A stretch of DNA of 64,000 bases from the NCBI GenBank assembly GCA_964016885.1, contig OZ024741.1:165850001-165914000 (forward strand), given 5' to 3'. Shown here one piece after another: positions 39,208 through 53,781 of the stretch (the first letter of the stretch is position 1; the number at the start of each line of letters is the position of its first letter). The stretch is from Eledone cirrhosa. Its lineage: Eukaryota. The position numbers and the translations under genes are program-made. The notes under the pieces are model-generated. The model was not told the origin of the DNA. It saw nothing but the letters and a program-made list of their open reading frames with translations, and ran no database searches.

Positions 39208-40001
39208 ACATATATATTTTCCTGTTGCTATACAGTTTCGCGGATTCCCATTATTTACGCAACTAGAAATTATATTTAATTATATACATTATATATATCA
39301 TCATGATTTCATGCCCGTTGGTAACACCACACACATATATTATTTCAAGTTTTACATCGAAGCTACAACACAAGTTGAATTATCTGAGCCAGACCCTATT
39401 ACACTCAATGATAATTCCCTCTATCAGAGTGAACCCATTTAGATATTCGAGGGAAACACTATAAATATGACCGGGTGTATGTCAACAACGAGTATCAAAA
39501 GGGAAAGCTAGAGCAGTGACTATGACTATCTACACCGAATCCTCGTAGTAAAGAAATATTAAATGATGAAATAAAATACACAGACCTAATTCACAAAATG
39601 AAAGTAAATACTGCCCCATTAAAAATTAGGGCACTCAGGCAGCGCATATATAGATATGTGTGTGTGTGCGCGTACGCGCGTGGATGTGTGCATGTTCGTG
39701 TAAACAAGTGCATTACTATGCACACAGCATGGTTAAATGTTAAATATTAAACCATTTTTTTCCGAGCAGACGGACATGTTCCGTCTGACACCGGTGCTGA
39801 CTAAAAGTCAATAATCTGTGACTGACAGATGTCAATTGTAGTGTGGTTCATATATATATATATATATATATATCATATATAAAAATGTTTTATTCAGGAC
39901 TAAAACTATTTGAAGTCACAGGAAAGTACCTTTTCTATTAATGTATTGGGCACTTTATTTAACTGCGGTTCTCTTCCGTTCATGTTCGGAAAACCATTAT
40001 T

Positions 40002-40050
<49 letters not shown>

Positions 40051-40175
40051 CGAAGGAGATGTGGTAAGGAACCAGATGGACCATAACGCACGAGAGTATT
40101 CAAGTTAAGAAAAAACCGTCGAAACGGCTTGAGCTCTGCCGTCGGGGTCAGACTTTTTTCAATATATATATATAT

Positions 40176-40528
40176 ATATTGTTATACTTTGGGAGGGTCA
40201 TGTTGCCAATAAGAAACACACGCACCAGTCGTTTTCACTCCAATTTATTATAAATTAAATTATAAATTTAAAAATTTATAAATTTCCGGTTGGTTGGTTG
40301 GTTCCACAACCGGACGGTTGTTCATATATTGTCACTGAAGAAGTCACAGCATGTGTGACGAAAGAACTTTGACCATATATGAACAACCGTCCGGTTGTGG
40401 AACCAACCAACCAACCGGAAATTTATAAATTTTTAAATTTATATTTTAATTTATAATAAATTGGAGTGAAAGTAACTGACGCATGTGTTTCTTATTGGCA
40501 ACATGACCCTCCCAAAGTATAACAATAT
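40176..40528. repeat. Long palindrome (about 158-bp arms) capped by a hammerhead
   Basis: Arms nearly perfectly complementary; left end abuts (TA)n. Confidence 0.92.
40331..40373 (+). ncRNA. Type I hammerhead motif at the palindrome apex
   Basis: GTCA-CTGAAGA-A-GTCACA(GCATG)TGTGAC-GAAA-GAAC-TT-TGAC. Confidence 0.75.
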
Positions 40529-40580
40529 CGGTTTCAACACACGTTTTCAGATAAAGAATCTTGCTAAACAAATTCAGAAA

Positions 40581-40630
<50 letters not shown>

Positions 40631-40722
40631 ACAACTCCAACTTCAAACACAACACATATACCTAAACACAACCAGACTCGTCAGATCGTCCGGTTTTAAG
40701 CCTCGCGGGTCATTCTTTCAAA

Positions 40723-40808
<86 letters not shown>

Positions 40809-41283
40809 TGCCTCTACATCAAGTACTCTCGGGTATCGAATAATCGTACCTACCCTTATTAATTTTTCAGATTTTAACCCCCCCCCCCCTCCCGTTTATT
40901 AAATTTTGCTATGAAATTTAATAAACGGTGAAATTTTATTTTAAGCGGCATTACGGCGACAATTTTTATACATTAAAAAACATACATGACAAAAAAGTAC
41001 ATTACAAGAAATCCCTTACGTTATAAAATAAACAGGATGGGCTGGGAGTCTCAATATATAAACTAAAGCAGCCCCCACTTATTCCACCCCATCCGGCTTA
41101 TCCCCCCCCCCCCCCGCTTTTTCCACCCCCGCCTATTATTTGGGACCCGAGAGTAATGTTAGTCAACAAACTCAACCTCTATATTGGCTTGTATAAAAAA
41201 AAGTAAAAGTGGAAAAGCTCAGAAGTGCTATTTTTCTTTAATCTTTGGTAGAATCAAGTTTTATAAAATATTTTACCGGTTCG

Positions 41284-41318
<35 letters not shown>

Positions 41319-41538
41319 CTTTTCCTGGGTCCTGTATTTTCGTTGCTCTAGTGATGCGGCTAGACTGCCGACCGGTATATCTGATTTGCTAAGCTGTCTG
41401 AACGTAATGTTACTACTCTGGGGTCTTTCCTCATCCGAGTGCTCAAGCTACAGACCGATTATGCATATACGTTAGCTTGGCCGTATTCTAAAGCTTCGTC
41501 AATGCTGTACTAAAATTTATATATATATATATATATAC

Positions 41539-41639
41539 ACAGGGTGTACTCCTAAAATGTATACACACTTCAACAGTATTCTAATAAATATTGCCTGGAC
41601 AGTTAATCAAAGTGTGTATACAATTTTTGGGACACCCTG
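41539..41639. mobile_element. Tiny Tc1/mariner MITE (similar copy 46731-46808)
   Basis: CAGGGTGT...ACACCCTG termini in (TA)n. Confidence 0.7.
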
Positions 41640-43148
41640 TATGTCTATATATATATGTATTATACACAGGGTATATATGTATACACACACACACACATAC
41701 ATATATATATGTATATATCTGTATATACATAATTGTGTGTATGATGAGTGATTACAATTTAGGGGTGAGATGACATTACTACGATGTAAGATTGGAGTTA
41801 AATGCATGTTTATCATACCTAAGTAAGGCATTAAAGAGACAGGGTTAGTTAAGCGGAACGGTTTCCAGTAGAGATCGAAACCGTGTGTTAAGGACTCATT
41901 AACAATAAGCACAAATTGGTGCAATTACAAATATTTAGTACTTATACTTTGTTTTGTATTCACATTTCTGGTGTGTTTGCAACATTAGGTACATATGCAT
42001 ACATGTAGTTATCATACATGTTATTTATTTGTACGTGTATGTCAGTACACGCTTGCTATATATATATATATGTTTATTAGTACACGTTGTGTTCCACTCA
42101 CGATGGCGTGAGTTCGATTCCCCGCGGAGCGTAGTGTCCTTGGGCAAAACACTTTATTTGGCGTTGTCTCAGGTCTACTCAGCTGGCAAAAATCATTAAT
42201 ACCTATAATTCAAAGAGCTGGCTTTGTCACAAACTGCGCCACGCCAAATATGTCCCCACCCGAGAACGTGGTTAAGTGTGCATGTGTGTGTGGAATGCTC
42301 AGCCACTTGAATGTTAATTTCATGAACAGACTGTTCCTTTGATCTATTCTACCAGAAACATCGTCGGAACCGACGGAGGCCCTACTATTAGTACACGCTT
42401 TGTATCTGTATGTGTCTGTTAGTACACGGTATTTGTATGTGTGTGTCGCTATACTATAAGAATGCGTATGTGTTTGTACATTATATTATGCATTCGTGCA
42501 CACTACCTATGTGTATATATCGATATACCATAAGAATACGTGTGTTCAAACATGCCATATATATTGTTAGACGTTATATATGTTTATCGGTAAACAATAT
42601 ATATATATATAAGGGTTAAAATACTGGAGCGTGTTGGAGTTAAAAATATATATATATATATATATATTTATGTGTGTGTGTCTCGAATCATTATTATGTA
42701 CGAGCGAGTATATTAGAACACTGTTGTTTAGACTCAAGTCTACCTCCTTGTTTGTCAGCCAGGTATAGTGTGTCTAAAACTACACTATCCAATGTGTTCT
42801 TTTTTTAAGACATTAGGATGTGATTAAGGGAAATCTAGTTGCTATTTCTACGCCTATTTCGATGACTTAGGTGAATGTTCTGAGTGAGATTCACGGCGTG
42901 TACATGTATATATTGGTACACACACACACTCTCTCTATATATATATACTTAATACATTAACAGAGAAAGCTTTTAGCGATACTCCGACCAACTCCCATCT
43001 CGCTCAACAAACATTAGGATATACCTGAGTATAATCCCAATTATACGTTTGGGGTGCTAACTATATTGTATTTCGTGGATAGTCGGCTGCATTATTTTAT
43101 ATGAGACATAATTAAATAAATCTCTCTTTATACATACACGTGTGTGTG

Positions 43149-43196
<48 letters not shown>

Positions 43197-43369
43197 CATA
43201 TACGTGTGTGTGAACGTGTTTATGTAGTGAAGCTGACGCTATGTTGCTATTTACTCTGCATCTCTGCATACACGTGCACTACTGCAGTAGACAAGTTATC
43301 GTTACATCACATAACATTATATGGAAACATTGTTGTCAGAATTACACATGACCAGTGCAGTCTTAGTAC

Positions 43370-44170
43370 TCGTTTCTTACTAACTGTTTTTTTTTTCCCC
43401 AAGTATTCATTGTTTCTTCTGAGATCGATAAAATAAAGTACCAGTCAAGTACTAGGGTCGATTTAATCGACTTTCCTTATAAAATTGTTGGCCTTGAAAT
43501 TTAGAAAATTTAGAAACGGTTATTACTGGCCTTGTGCTTAAAATAGAAACAATTATTATTATTATCATTTTCATCCTTACGGGGTCGATAAAGTACCAGT
43601 AATGCAACTGGATAATTGCTGGCCTTGTGCCATAAGTAGAAACAATTATTATATTATCATTATACCATCATCATCGTCATTACAACTTCCTTTAATTTGA
43701 ATTCAAATTTCCGAGGTGTACTTTCATGTTTCGGGGGGGGGGGGGGTGTAAAATAAAGTACTCGACTTATCCTTCCCCAACAAAATTGTTGATCATGTGT
43801 CGAAATTATAAACCATTACGGCCCTTGCCATTCTGAGTTCAAATCCCGCCGAGGTTAACTTTGCCTTTCATCCTTACGGGGTCGATAAAATAAAGTACCA
43901 GTAATGCACTGGGTATTTGCTGGCCTTGTGCCAAAAGTAGAAACAATTATTTTATTAAGGGGCAGTGATTTGACAGACTAGTTTGAGCATCAGAGAAAAT
44001 GCCTTACGGTATTTAGTTATAGTCCTGTGTTCAAATCCAACCGAGGCCAACTGTTATTCATTCTTCAGGGGGTTCATAAAATAAAGTATAAGTCAAGTAT
44101 TGAACTCGGTATAACCGACTGTTCTCCTTCCCCCAAATTGCTGGCCTTGTGCCTAGATTAGAAACCATTA
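43370..44170 (+). mobile_element. Cluster of Meta-like SINE copies and fragments
   Basis: Repeated GATAAAATAAAGTACCAGT and GGCCTTGTGCC...GAAAC tails. Confidence 0.75.
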
Positions 44171-45129
44171 TTATAATTATTATATAATATGAATTTGAGT
44201 GAATGATGTCTATGATGATGATGGTCATCATTGTCCTGGTGTTGATATAATAACTGCCTTAGAGCTTTGTTATATTTTGGTTGGTATTTGTTAGTAACTA
44301 GTGAACTAGTAGTAGTAGTGTTTTGCTATGCTAGATTGTTAGCTGCCGCCGCCTTCGAACACACACATAGACGTATTTACCGGCCTGGCTAGGAATAACA
44401 AACAAAACATTGCAGTTGTTTAGCCACAGGTCAGCTTTGATCGAGCAGACCTATGCTATGATCAAAGGCCATGACCATCCTGTCTATTTCAGTCAATATA
44501 TCTAGGACTTTATTATCCAACATGTCCTTTCTGTTTCTTTAAGACAGTGGTGTGTAATTTGAGGAAGATAGTGTTTACTAAGAAGCTTCAGCTTTCAGGT
44601 GAATCTCCCTGGTAAACTAGAAAGTTGCAGTATATAACAGAGAGCAAACAATCAGTTGATTTATCATTCTTACTTTATATATATATTGACAGATTAAAAC
44701 AGTATTAAGCTGATATAGTGAGAAGACTTTAGAAAGAAAACTGCAAGAAAAGACGGACGAATGAAGGAAATTACTCGAGCTGCCACCGAAGACACAAGAT
44801 AAGGGAGTTGTCGTTTAACCCTGATTGAGCAGACCTAAGGTGAAAGGCATTTCACCTGTGATAATCACCTCTGGTGATACATTGTCCAAGGTGTCCTTAA
44901 AAAAAATATGGTAGGGTGTGATTTGAGGGAGATTCGGTGGCTGCTTCTAGCATGTCAAGTAAGAGGCGCGCTCCCTTTTCGGTTCGTTAGATCTGGGTGG
45001 TTAAGGAAGAATGGGCGAGGGTTGCTCAATGTACTATTAAATAGAAATAGAATATTTCAACAAACTAAGACATAAACAATAAAAAATATTCACTTTAACA
45101 TACTCTCGCTCTCTCAATATATATATGTA

Positions 45130-45216
<87 letters not shown>

Positions 45217-45428
45217 AGAAAGGGGGTAGAAAAACGAAATGTGTGTATGTGTGTAGCCTGTTTCGGACAGGTTGCTGCAATATTTTAGTAGAGATAATTA
45301 TCACCTTCGTTCCGAAAACATGAGACACGAAGTAACAAAATCCACACTGGTCATAATTTTTCATTTCAGAAAATAATTAAAAACGCGTATTTAATTCCTA
45401 AATACATGCGATACTACATACGAATACA

Positions 45429-45461
<33 letters not shown>

Positions 45462-45478
45462 TACAAAGATAAACAGAC

Positions 45479-45513
<35 letters not shown>

Positions 45514-46553
45514 AAGATAAATAAATAGATAGATATACATGTGTATATAGGCAAAAGATTATTAGAATTGCTTTGCCAGCAGATCTTTTCATCTGCTAGC
45601 TTATATCAAGTGTGGGTGTAGTAAAATCGTAAAGTCATATATATATATATATATATGTGTATATATACGTACTAGAACTAGATAATCCTCATAGCTTTTC
45701 ACACCAATATCCAGTTAGTTGTAATGTAGTCCTATATAGCTTAGCTTGAAGAGTTTTTAGCTATAGTAGTTAAGAGTAAAATAGCAGACTATGTATGAGG
45801 AAGGCGGATCGTTCGCTCTCTTAACTGGTTTTCTTCCCTTCCCACCACCAATATCACCTCGCCAACGACTTGAAAATCCATATAGAGACAACTTTAACGC
45901 GAATACATATACACACATATATATACAACTAACACTAAAACCCCTACACTCACACGTGTATATATATATATATATATACATGCGTACATACATACATACA
46001 TACACACATACATATTCATACACACACATACATGCACACACACATACATACACTCACACATTCATACACACATACATATACAAACAAACACGCGCATACA
46101 TACATACACGCACATACATACACTCACATACATACATATATGTTTACGTATACATCTATAAATATATATAAATATATATTAACATGCAATATATATATAT
46201 ATATATATACATACATATTATTATATACATATATAGATGTGTGTGTGTGTGTGTTTGTTTGTGTGTGTATGTGTGTGTGTGCAGTTAAACATTAAGTGTG
46301 GTTACTTTTACAAATACATATGTATTTACTCTAACAAACAAATACGACTCTTGCGCTCACACATGGACACAGACATATACATATACACGCACGTTATTTA
46401 CTTCAAAAGGCCCGATAACAACTGTCCTTAATAACTTCTTCACTATCAGTTTATAACACACAACGTCGGCGTGTTGATATTAATTATAAATTATCTATAA
46501 TCAGTGTTAGACTCGTGTTTACATACATATACCAATTAGAAAGATAGATAGCT

Positions 46554-46598
<45 letters not shown>

Positions 46599-46658
46599 TA
46601 TATATACATATATATATATTATTTTTGTGTGTGTGTGTTTTAGCAATATATAGGAATG

Positions 46659-46713
<55 letters not shown>

Positions 46714-46807
46714 AGAGAGATAGATATACACAGGGTGTCCAAAATATTGTATACACACTTTATATTAGAATACTGTTGAAGTGTGCATACATTTTTCGGA
46801 CACCCTG

Positions 46808-46842
<35 letters not shown>

Positions 46843-47239
46843 TGTGTGTGTTTGTATATGAGTGTGTGTTTGTGTGTGTGTGTGTGTTTGTTTGTATGTG
46901 TGTGTGTGTGTGTCTGTTTGTGTGTGTGTTTGTATGTGTGTGTGTGTGTTTGTATGTGAGTGTGTATTAGCAATATATAACAAATAATAATTGTTTCTAC
47001 TTTAGGCACAAGGCCAGCAAATTACCCAGTGCATTACTGGTACTTTATTTTATCGACCCCGTAAGGATGAAAGGCAAAGTCAACCTCGGCGGGATTTGAA
47101 CTCAGATCGTAAAGGGACGTAACTATATAACAAATAATAATACATTTAGGTAACATTCTACTAAAGCAGGATATTCCTTCTTTGCAAAACTACACTGTCG
47201 TTAAATTCGGTCAGTAACCGAAACGAGTAGTGACAGTAT

Positions 47240-47434
47240 ACCACCACCACCACCACCACAGCCACCACCACAGCCACCACCAACATTGCCACCACCACTA
47301 CCACCAACACAGCCACCAGCACCACAACCAGTACCACTACCAACACCAACACCACCACCACCACCACCACCAACACTACCAACACCACCACCACTACCAC
47401 CAACACAGCCACCACTATCACCACCACCATCACC

Positions 47435-47482
<48 letters not shown>

Positions 47483-48580
47483 TTACCACCAGCACTATCA
47501 CCACCATAATCATCAACACCACTACCACCACCACAGCCACCAACACAACCACCAGCACCACCACCAGTACCACTACCAACACCACCACCACCAACACTGC
47601 CACCACTATCACCCTCACCATCACCACCACCACCACCACAACAACAACAACAATGTTACCACCAGCACTATCACCACCATAATCATCAACACCACTACCA
47701 TCACCACCACCACCACCACCACAACAACAACAACAATGTTACCACCAGCACTATCACCACCATAATCATCAACACCACTACCATCACCACCACCACCACC
47801 ACCACCACAACAACAATGTTACCACCAGCACTATCACCACCATAATCATCAACACCACTACCACCATCACCACCACCACCACAACAACAACAACAACGTT
47901 ACCACCAGCACTATCACCACCATAATCATCAACACCACTACCATCACCACCACCACCACCACCACAACAACAACAACAATGTTACCACCAGCACTATCAC
48001 CACCATAATCATCAACACCACTACCATCACCACCACCACCACCACAACAACAACAACAACGTTACCACCAGCACTATCACCACCATAATCATCAACACCA
48101 CTACCACCATCACCACCACCACCACCACAACAACAACAACAACGTTACCACCAGCACTATCACCACCATAATCATCAACACCACTACCATCATCACCACC
48201 ACCACCACCACAACAACAACAACAATGTTACCACCAGCATTATCACCACCATAATCATCAACACCACCACCACCATCACCACCACCACCACCACAACAAC
48301 AACAATGTTACCACCAGCACTATCACCACCATTACCACCACCACCACCACCACAACAACAACAACAACGTTACCACCAGCACTATCACCACCATAATCAT
48401 CAACACCACTACCATCACCACCACCACCACCACCACCACAACAACAACAACAACAACGTTACCACCAGCACTATCACCACCATAATCATCAACACCACTA
48501 CCATCACCACCACCACCACCACAACAACAACAACAACGTTACCATCAACACCACCACCATCACCACCGCCACCGCCATCA
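47240..48580. repeat. (ACC)n/(AAC)n compound minisatellite with ~80-bp higher-order unit
   Basis: Recurring GTTACCACCAGCACTATCACCACCATAATCATCAACACCACTACC. Confidence 0.95.
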
Positions 48581-48724
48581 CATTGCTCTGGACCGAGACA
48601 TCTTGTTCCTTCTGACATTCTTACGTTCTTTCGCTCCATTGACACTGTTCTATACTATCTCACTTTCTCTCCCACGCTCTACCTTACCAAGTAATTCATC
48701 TCCCTGTCTCTTATATATATATAC

Positions 48725-48818
<94 letters not shown>

Positions 48819-48936
48819 GTATATATATATATTATATATATGTATATACGTATATATATATATTATATATATGTGTGTGTGTGTGTGTGTGTCAACAAAG
48901 GGGAATGAGAAAATAGCTGAGGGTAGCGCTCACAAA

Positions 48937-48986
<50 letters not shown>

Positions 48987-49023
48987 CGTGCGTGTGTGTG
49001 TGTGCGTGTGTGTGTGTGTGTGT

Positions 49024-49148
<125 letters not shown>

Positions 49149-49340
49149 TTATAGCAGTTAAATTACATCAGTGATTGCAGGACCTGGAGTTTCATGCTTT
49201 AAGGGTTGTGATTAAATTATGCACACATCTCCAGGCTTTTGAGTCATTGATTCAGCTTTACGGCTGTAATATCCAGCGAATGTTCGGACCGTTAAGGTGT
49301 CATTTCCATGGGTATGTCATTATTTATAAAACAAATTTTG

Positions 49341-49405
49341 TATTTTATCTGATGAAAGCACACCAAGGTTGGCTTAGTCGCCCTTGAAATATATATAATA
49401 AAATA
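49341..49405 (+). ncRNA. Type I hammerhead motif, family A (stem II partly decayed)
   Basis: TATTTTAT-CTGATGA-...-GAAA-TATATA-TA-ATAAAATA. Confidence 0.72.
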
Positions 49406-49445
49406 TATATTGTTTTATAAATATAGTTTCAATTTATTATTATCT

Positions 49446-49516
<71 letters not shown>

Positions 49517-49519
<3 letters not shown>

Positions 49520-49622
49520 ATGTAATAAACAACATAAGATAATTATTTCATTTACCGGTGGTTTCTTGAAGACGAAACCACCGGTAAATGAAATATTTAT
49601 CTTATGTTGTTTATTACATAAC
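49517..49622. repeat. Palindrome mirroring the family C hammerhead 3' half
   Basis: TTTACCGGTGGTTTC-TTGAAGAC-GAAACCACCGGTAAA; left arm homologous to 36166-36219. Confidence 0.85.
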
Positions 49623-49690
49623 TAAAAAGCTCTGTAGCCTACATAGAGCACTCTCTTTTCCTTTACCTTTCCTGCGGAAATACTTCACAC

Positions 49691-49744
<54 letters not shown>

Positions 49745-49843
49745 CATATGGACATACGGGGAACTACCTCCCCCCAGAAACGATAGTAAAATAATGAGTT
49801 TTACTATGAATTAACCGTTTTGTGTTTAATTTCATTGTTTTAA

Positions 49844-49884
<41 letters not shown>

Positions 49885-49930
49885 CATGTATGTATGTGCG
49901 TGTGTGTGCGCGTGTGTGTCAAAAAAAGAG

Positions 49931-49966
49931 TTTTGAAGTTTCAAATGCTAGTCCTTCATCAGAAAG
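49931..49966 (-). ncRNA. Decayed minimal hammerhead motif (family D)
   Basis: CTTT-CTGATGA-AGGACTAGCATTT-GAAA-CT-TC-AAAA; resembles 54876-54911. Confidence 0.45.
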
Positions 49967-50595
49967 GTAAACACAGAAAGAAAAGAATGTGTTGATGAGA
50001 CACAGAAAAAAAAAGGAGAAGACAACGGGGCGAGTATAAGAAAACGAAGAAGAAGGGAAAAGAGAAAAATGTGTGCTCACTTGTCAGCCAACCCAGTACC
50101 TTGTTTTTCATTGATTCACTAGAGCACTCTTTTTTTCTCTGAGACAAAGTGGGATTGTATGATAATACGTAAGAAACTATGATTTACATCTATGCCTACT
50201 TCCGCAAACACCTGGGTTGATCACTCAATTGTTTTAACACCATCAGTGAAAAATAGCCTATAACTCTAAATAGTGGAAGTTCATGCAAAGTACCGAGCCG
50301 AAAAAAAAAACAAACATCCACACTGAATGTAAAACTGCAAGTGTTGAAGCCACTGGAAACTGTCAAACCTGAAGCATTTCAGTGTAAATTGTTAAATTTG
50401 GTCACATCAAACACAGGGGTGTGGGGCAAATTTGGTCAATTTAGTTGTAGTGATTAGTTTAGCAGTTATTATCAAATATCAATCAAGATATATAAAAAAA
50501 AATTCGATATGCGATAAACATAACATTGTAGCGCATATACAAATATATGTGTTTTGATAGTTTGGGGAGGAGAAAAAAAAAATATATATATATAT

Positions 50596-50717
50596 AATAG
50601 GAAAATGTTCAAGACCCCGACGGCAGAGCTCAAGCAGTTTCGACGGCTATTCCTGTCCAGAAATAGCCGTCGAAACGGTTTGAGTTCTGCCGTCGGGATC
50701 TTGAACATTTACCTATT
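50596..50717. repeat. Palindrome mirroring a family B hammerhead 3' half
   Basis: GACGGCTATT...AATAGCCGTC-GAAACGGT...GCCGTC-GGGATC; family also at 33745, 34891, 40047, 57317. Confidence 0.85.
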
Positions 50718-50819
50718 ACCCACTCTACTACCCAAAGTATTGAGTACTCTGGTGCGTTATGGTCAGCCTGGTTCCTTACCACACTTCCTTCGTTTTATAT
50801 ATATATATATATATATATA

Positions 50820-51446
50820 TACAAAATATTAATAAATGAAAACTATATTTATAAAACCATATTTATTTCATTATACATATTTCAAGGACACCAAAGCAAA
50901 TTATGGTGCGCTTTCATCAGATAAAATATAATATAGATCAGTTTTATAAACAAATATTGACATACCCTTAAAATAATGCGACCATGTCTGTTGGAAGATC
51001 CCGGATAGTGGGGTTACTAATTTTATTATTGGTCTATTATGCAAATTAGTGTCGGAGAGGTTTAAATCCCATACATTGAAATTAAGCCGTTGGAATAGGA
51101 AAAAAAGAGAAGGAAAGAGCAAACCCAAAGAAGGAAAAGAAAAAGAAAAGGAATGGGAATTTTTTTCCTATTCCAACGGCTTAATTTCAATGTATGGGAT
51201 TTAAACCTCTCCGACACTAATTTGCATAATAGACCAATAATAAAATTAGTAACCCCACTATCCGGGAGCTTCCAACAGACATGGTCGCATTCTTTTAAGG
51301 GTATGTCAATATTTGTTTATAAAACTGATCTATATTATATTTTATCTGATGAAAGCGCACCATAATTTGCTTTGGTGTCCTTGAAATATGTATAATGAAA
51401 TAAATATGGTTTTATAAATATAGTTTCCATTTATGAATATATTGTA
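50820..51446. repeat. Palindrome (about 287-bp arms, purine spacer) with two divergent family A hammerheads
   Basis: 50820-51106 is the reverse complement of 51160-51446; explains twin ORFs 50901..51128(-) and 51153..51365(+). Confidence 0.95.
51338..51402 (+). ncRNA. Type I hammerhead ribozyme, family A (mirror copy about 50864-50928, minus)
   Basis: TATTTTAT-CTGATGA-AAG-C-GCACCA...TGGTGT-C-CTT-GAAA-TATGTA-TA-ATGAAATA. Confidence 0.82.
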
Positions 51447-52780
51447 TTTTTACTCCAAAAATTTGTTGAGTGCTTTATATCAGTTATAAAAATATTTGCT
51501 TGTTGTATCCCAACAAATTAAATATAACTTCTACACACACACATATATATATATATAAACAAGCTATCAAAATAAAAATTTCTGCGATGGCGACCCCATT
51601 GTTATTAGCAAAGGCGACAGGTTCAAGTGTTAAATTTTAGGAGGGAAGTATGTCGGCTATATACATGGACGATGAAATGCAACGCAACATGTCACTAAAC
51701 CAACTGATTATGCCAAAACCAAGAAGTTTCTTCAGGTATTCACAAGAAGAAATGAATAATTCAGAAGCAATCCCAGCAAGCAGAGGTTAGTTTTAAAACT
51801 TCAAACAATTGCATAACATACACAACATTATGTCTAGTGAAGTTGCTGGTGCAGACATCCATGCAGCAAGGATATTTCCCTGAATTTTGTGGAGTACCAT
51901 CAAGCGTGGTAACTAACCTACCAAAAATTAGCTTAGAGTTATGGTCCTTTACGTTCTGAGTTCAAATCCTGCCATGGTTAGCTTTGCCTTTCATTCTTAC
52001 GGGGTCGATAAAATAAAGCATCAATAATGCGCTGGGGTAATTGCTGGCCTTGTACCAAAAGTAGAAAGAATTAAATGTAGATGCAGCAGGTCTTTTCTGG
52101 AAAAGTATGTCATCCCACACTTTCATCATTAGAGAAGAAGAAGAAAAAAAAACACTTCTTGTTTCAAGGTCAAAACACACTGTTTACACTATTACTACAC
52201 GATATTTCAGGAGCCTTTAAGCTGACGCCAGAGTTCGTATTTCATTCAATAACACCACGACCAATGAAAGAAATATAAATACATCTGCCTGTCATTTAGA
52301 AATCAAACAAGATTACCTGGGTGACTGTAGAATTTTTCACACAGTATTTTTTATTTTTATACTCTTGTCAAACATTGAAAAAATTACAACAAAAAATATA
52401 AATGTTGGTGGCTGATAATACTTCAGACCAGAGGCATAAACTAGGGAAAACAGCGCCTATGGCAAGCAGTGAAATTGCATCTCTGTCCAGCACTGTATTT
52501 TCACCTATTGGCCTAACGATTTATATAAATAGTTTAATGATCCAGCCACCATAGTGTTCTCACTCATGATAATACTTCCATGTAGCATTGCTGTTTGCAT
52601 GTAAACATCATGCAATCTGCTTTTCCCTCTGAGGGAGAGACCCTTTGTAGCTAGCAGTGAAAGTAGCTCCAACCAATTCTTACTCTGACCTCTGAACTTT
52701 TAGAACACCCACCCCCACTGCTAATTTGGTCCCTTAGATAGCAGAAGCTGTCAATTATTACCTCTGAGCATTTGATACAC

Positions 52781-52812
<32 letters not shown>

Positions 52813-52897
52813 GCAAAAGTTTTATTTAAAATTGTTGGGTTACAACAAGTAAATATTTTATAACTGATATAAAGCACTCGACAAGTTTTTGGAGTAG

Positions 52898-53250
52898 ATA
52901 TACGATATTAAACAAATGGAAACTATATTTATAAAACCATATTTATTTCATTATACATATTTCAGGGATGCCATATTAAAAATATGGCATGCCTTCGTCA
53001 GATAAAATACAATATATAAACAGTTTTATAAATAATTTTGACGTACCATAAATATAAGCGACCAAGCCAGCTTCCTACCTTAATGGTCGCTTATATTTAT
53101 GGTACGTCAAAATTATTTATAAAACTGTTTATATATTGTATTTTATCTGACGAAGGCATGCCATATTTTTAATATGGTATCCCTGAAATATGTATAATGA
53201 AATAAATATGGTTTTATAAATATAGTTTCCATTTGTTTAATATCGTATAT
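52898..53250. repeat. Palindrome (about 166-bp arms) with two divergent family A hammerheads
   Basis: 52898-53063 pairs with 53083-53250. Confidence 0.95.
53139..53204 (+). ncRNA. Type I hammerhead ribozyme, family A (mirror copy about 52944-53009, minus)
   Basis: TATTTTAT-CTGACGA-AGG-C-ATGCCATATT(TTT)AATATGGTAT-C-CCT-GAAA-TATGTA-TA-ATGAAATA. Confidence 0.82.
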
Positions 53251-53636
53251 ATATAAATATATATATGTGTGTGTGTGTGTGTGAGTGTGTAAAATTGGTG
53301 TTTAAAACAAGACAAATGTTACTAACAAATGCTAAAATAAATAATTGTAATACTGCTGATAGAAATTGAAACCTGCCACACCTAACTTGATTATTCCCAA
53401 ATATTTTTCGAATATAGCTTTGTTTGTGTTAAGTACTAATTTTTGTCACTCTCCAACAAGGCTTATTTGACTTTAATAGAACTTGCTCCTAACCCAAGTG
53501 GGGCCCATGGCACGTGCCATGCTTCCAATACCCTAGTTACGCCTCTGCTTCAGACTACACCAAGATTATCGATACACTCAGACATGCGTTTCTGTCGAAG
53601 CTGTGTACCACCAAATACCATTTCCTTACTTTAACA

Positions 53637-53781
53637 CAGGAATTGGCAATTTTTTCAAACTGTGGGCCACATACGATATGGTTCATCATAAAGTGGGTCG
53701 CATTAATAAAACTTTCAAGACAATTTCGAAATTAGGTGTACCGTTCAGAAAGCTAAACAAGTCGCAGTTTTACTATGACTG
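53637..53781. mobile_element. hAT-like MITE inserted in the Tigger remnant
   Basis: 8-bp TSD CTTTAACA/CTCTAACA; removing it restores PPNTISLL*HMDQ. Confidence 0.7.

Noticed and set aside
39330-39620. Possible Penelope ORF fragment
   Set aside because: No recognisable motif that I can support.
45095-45900. Possible exon or promoter in unique-looking CpG-containing sequence
   Set aside because: No splice-bounded ORF or recognisable protein similarity.
47161-48694. His/Thr/Pro/Gln-rich ORFs
   Set aside because: Triplet-repeat artefacts with a recurring TAA in one frame and no supported splice structure.
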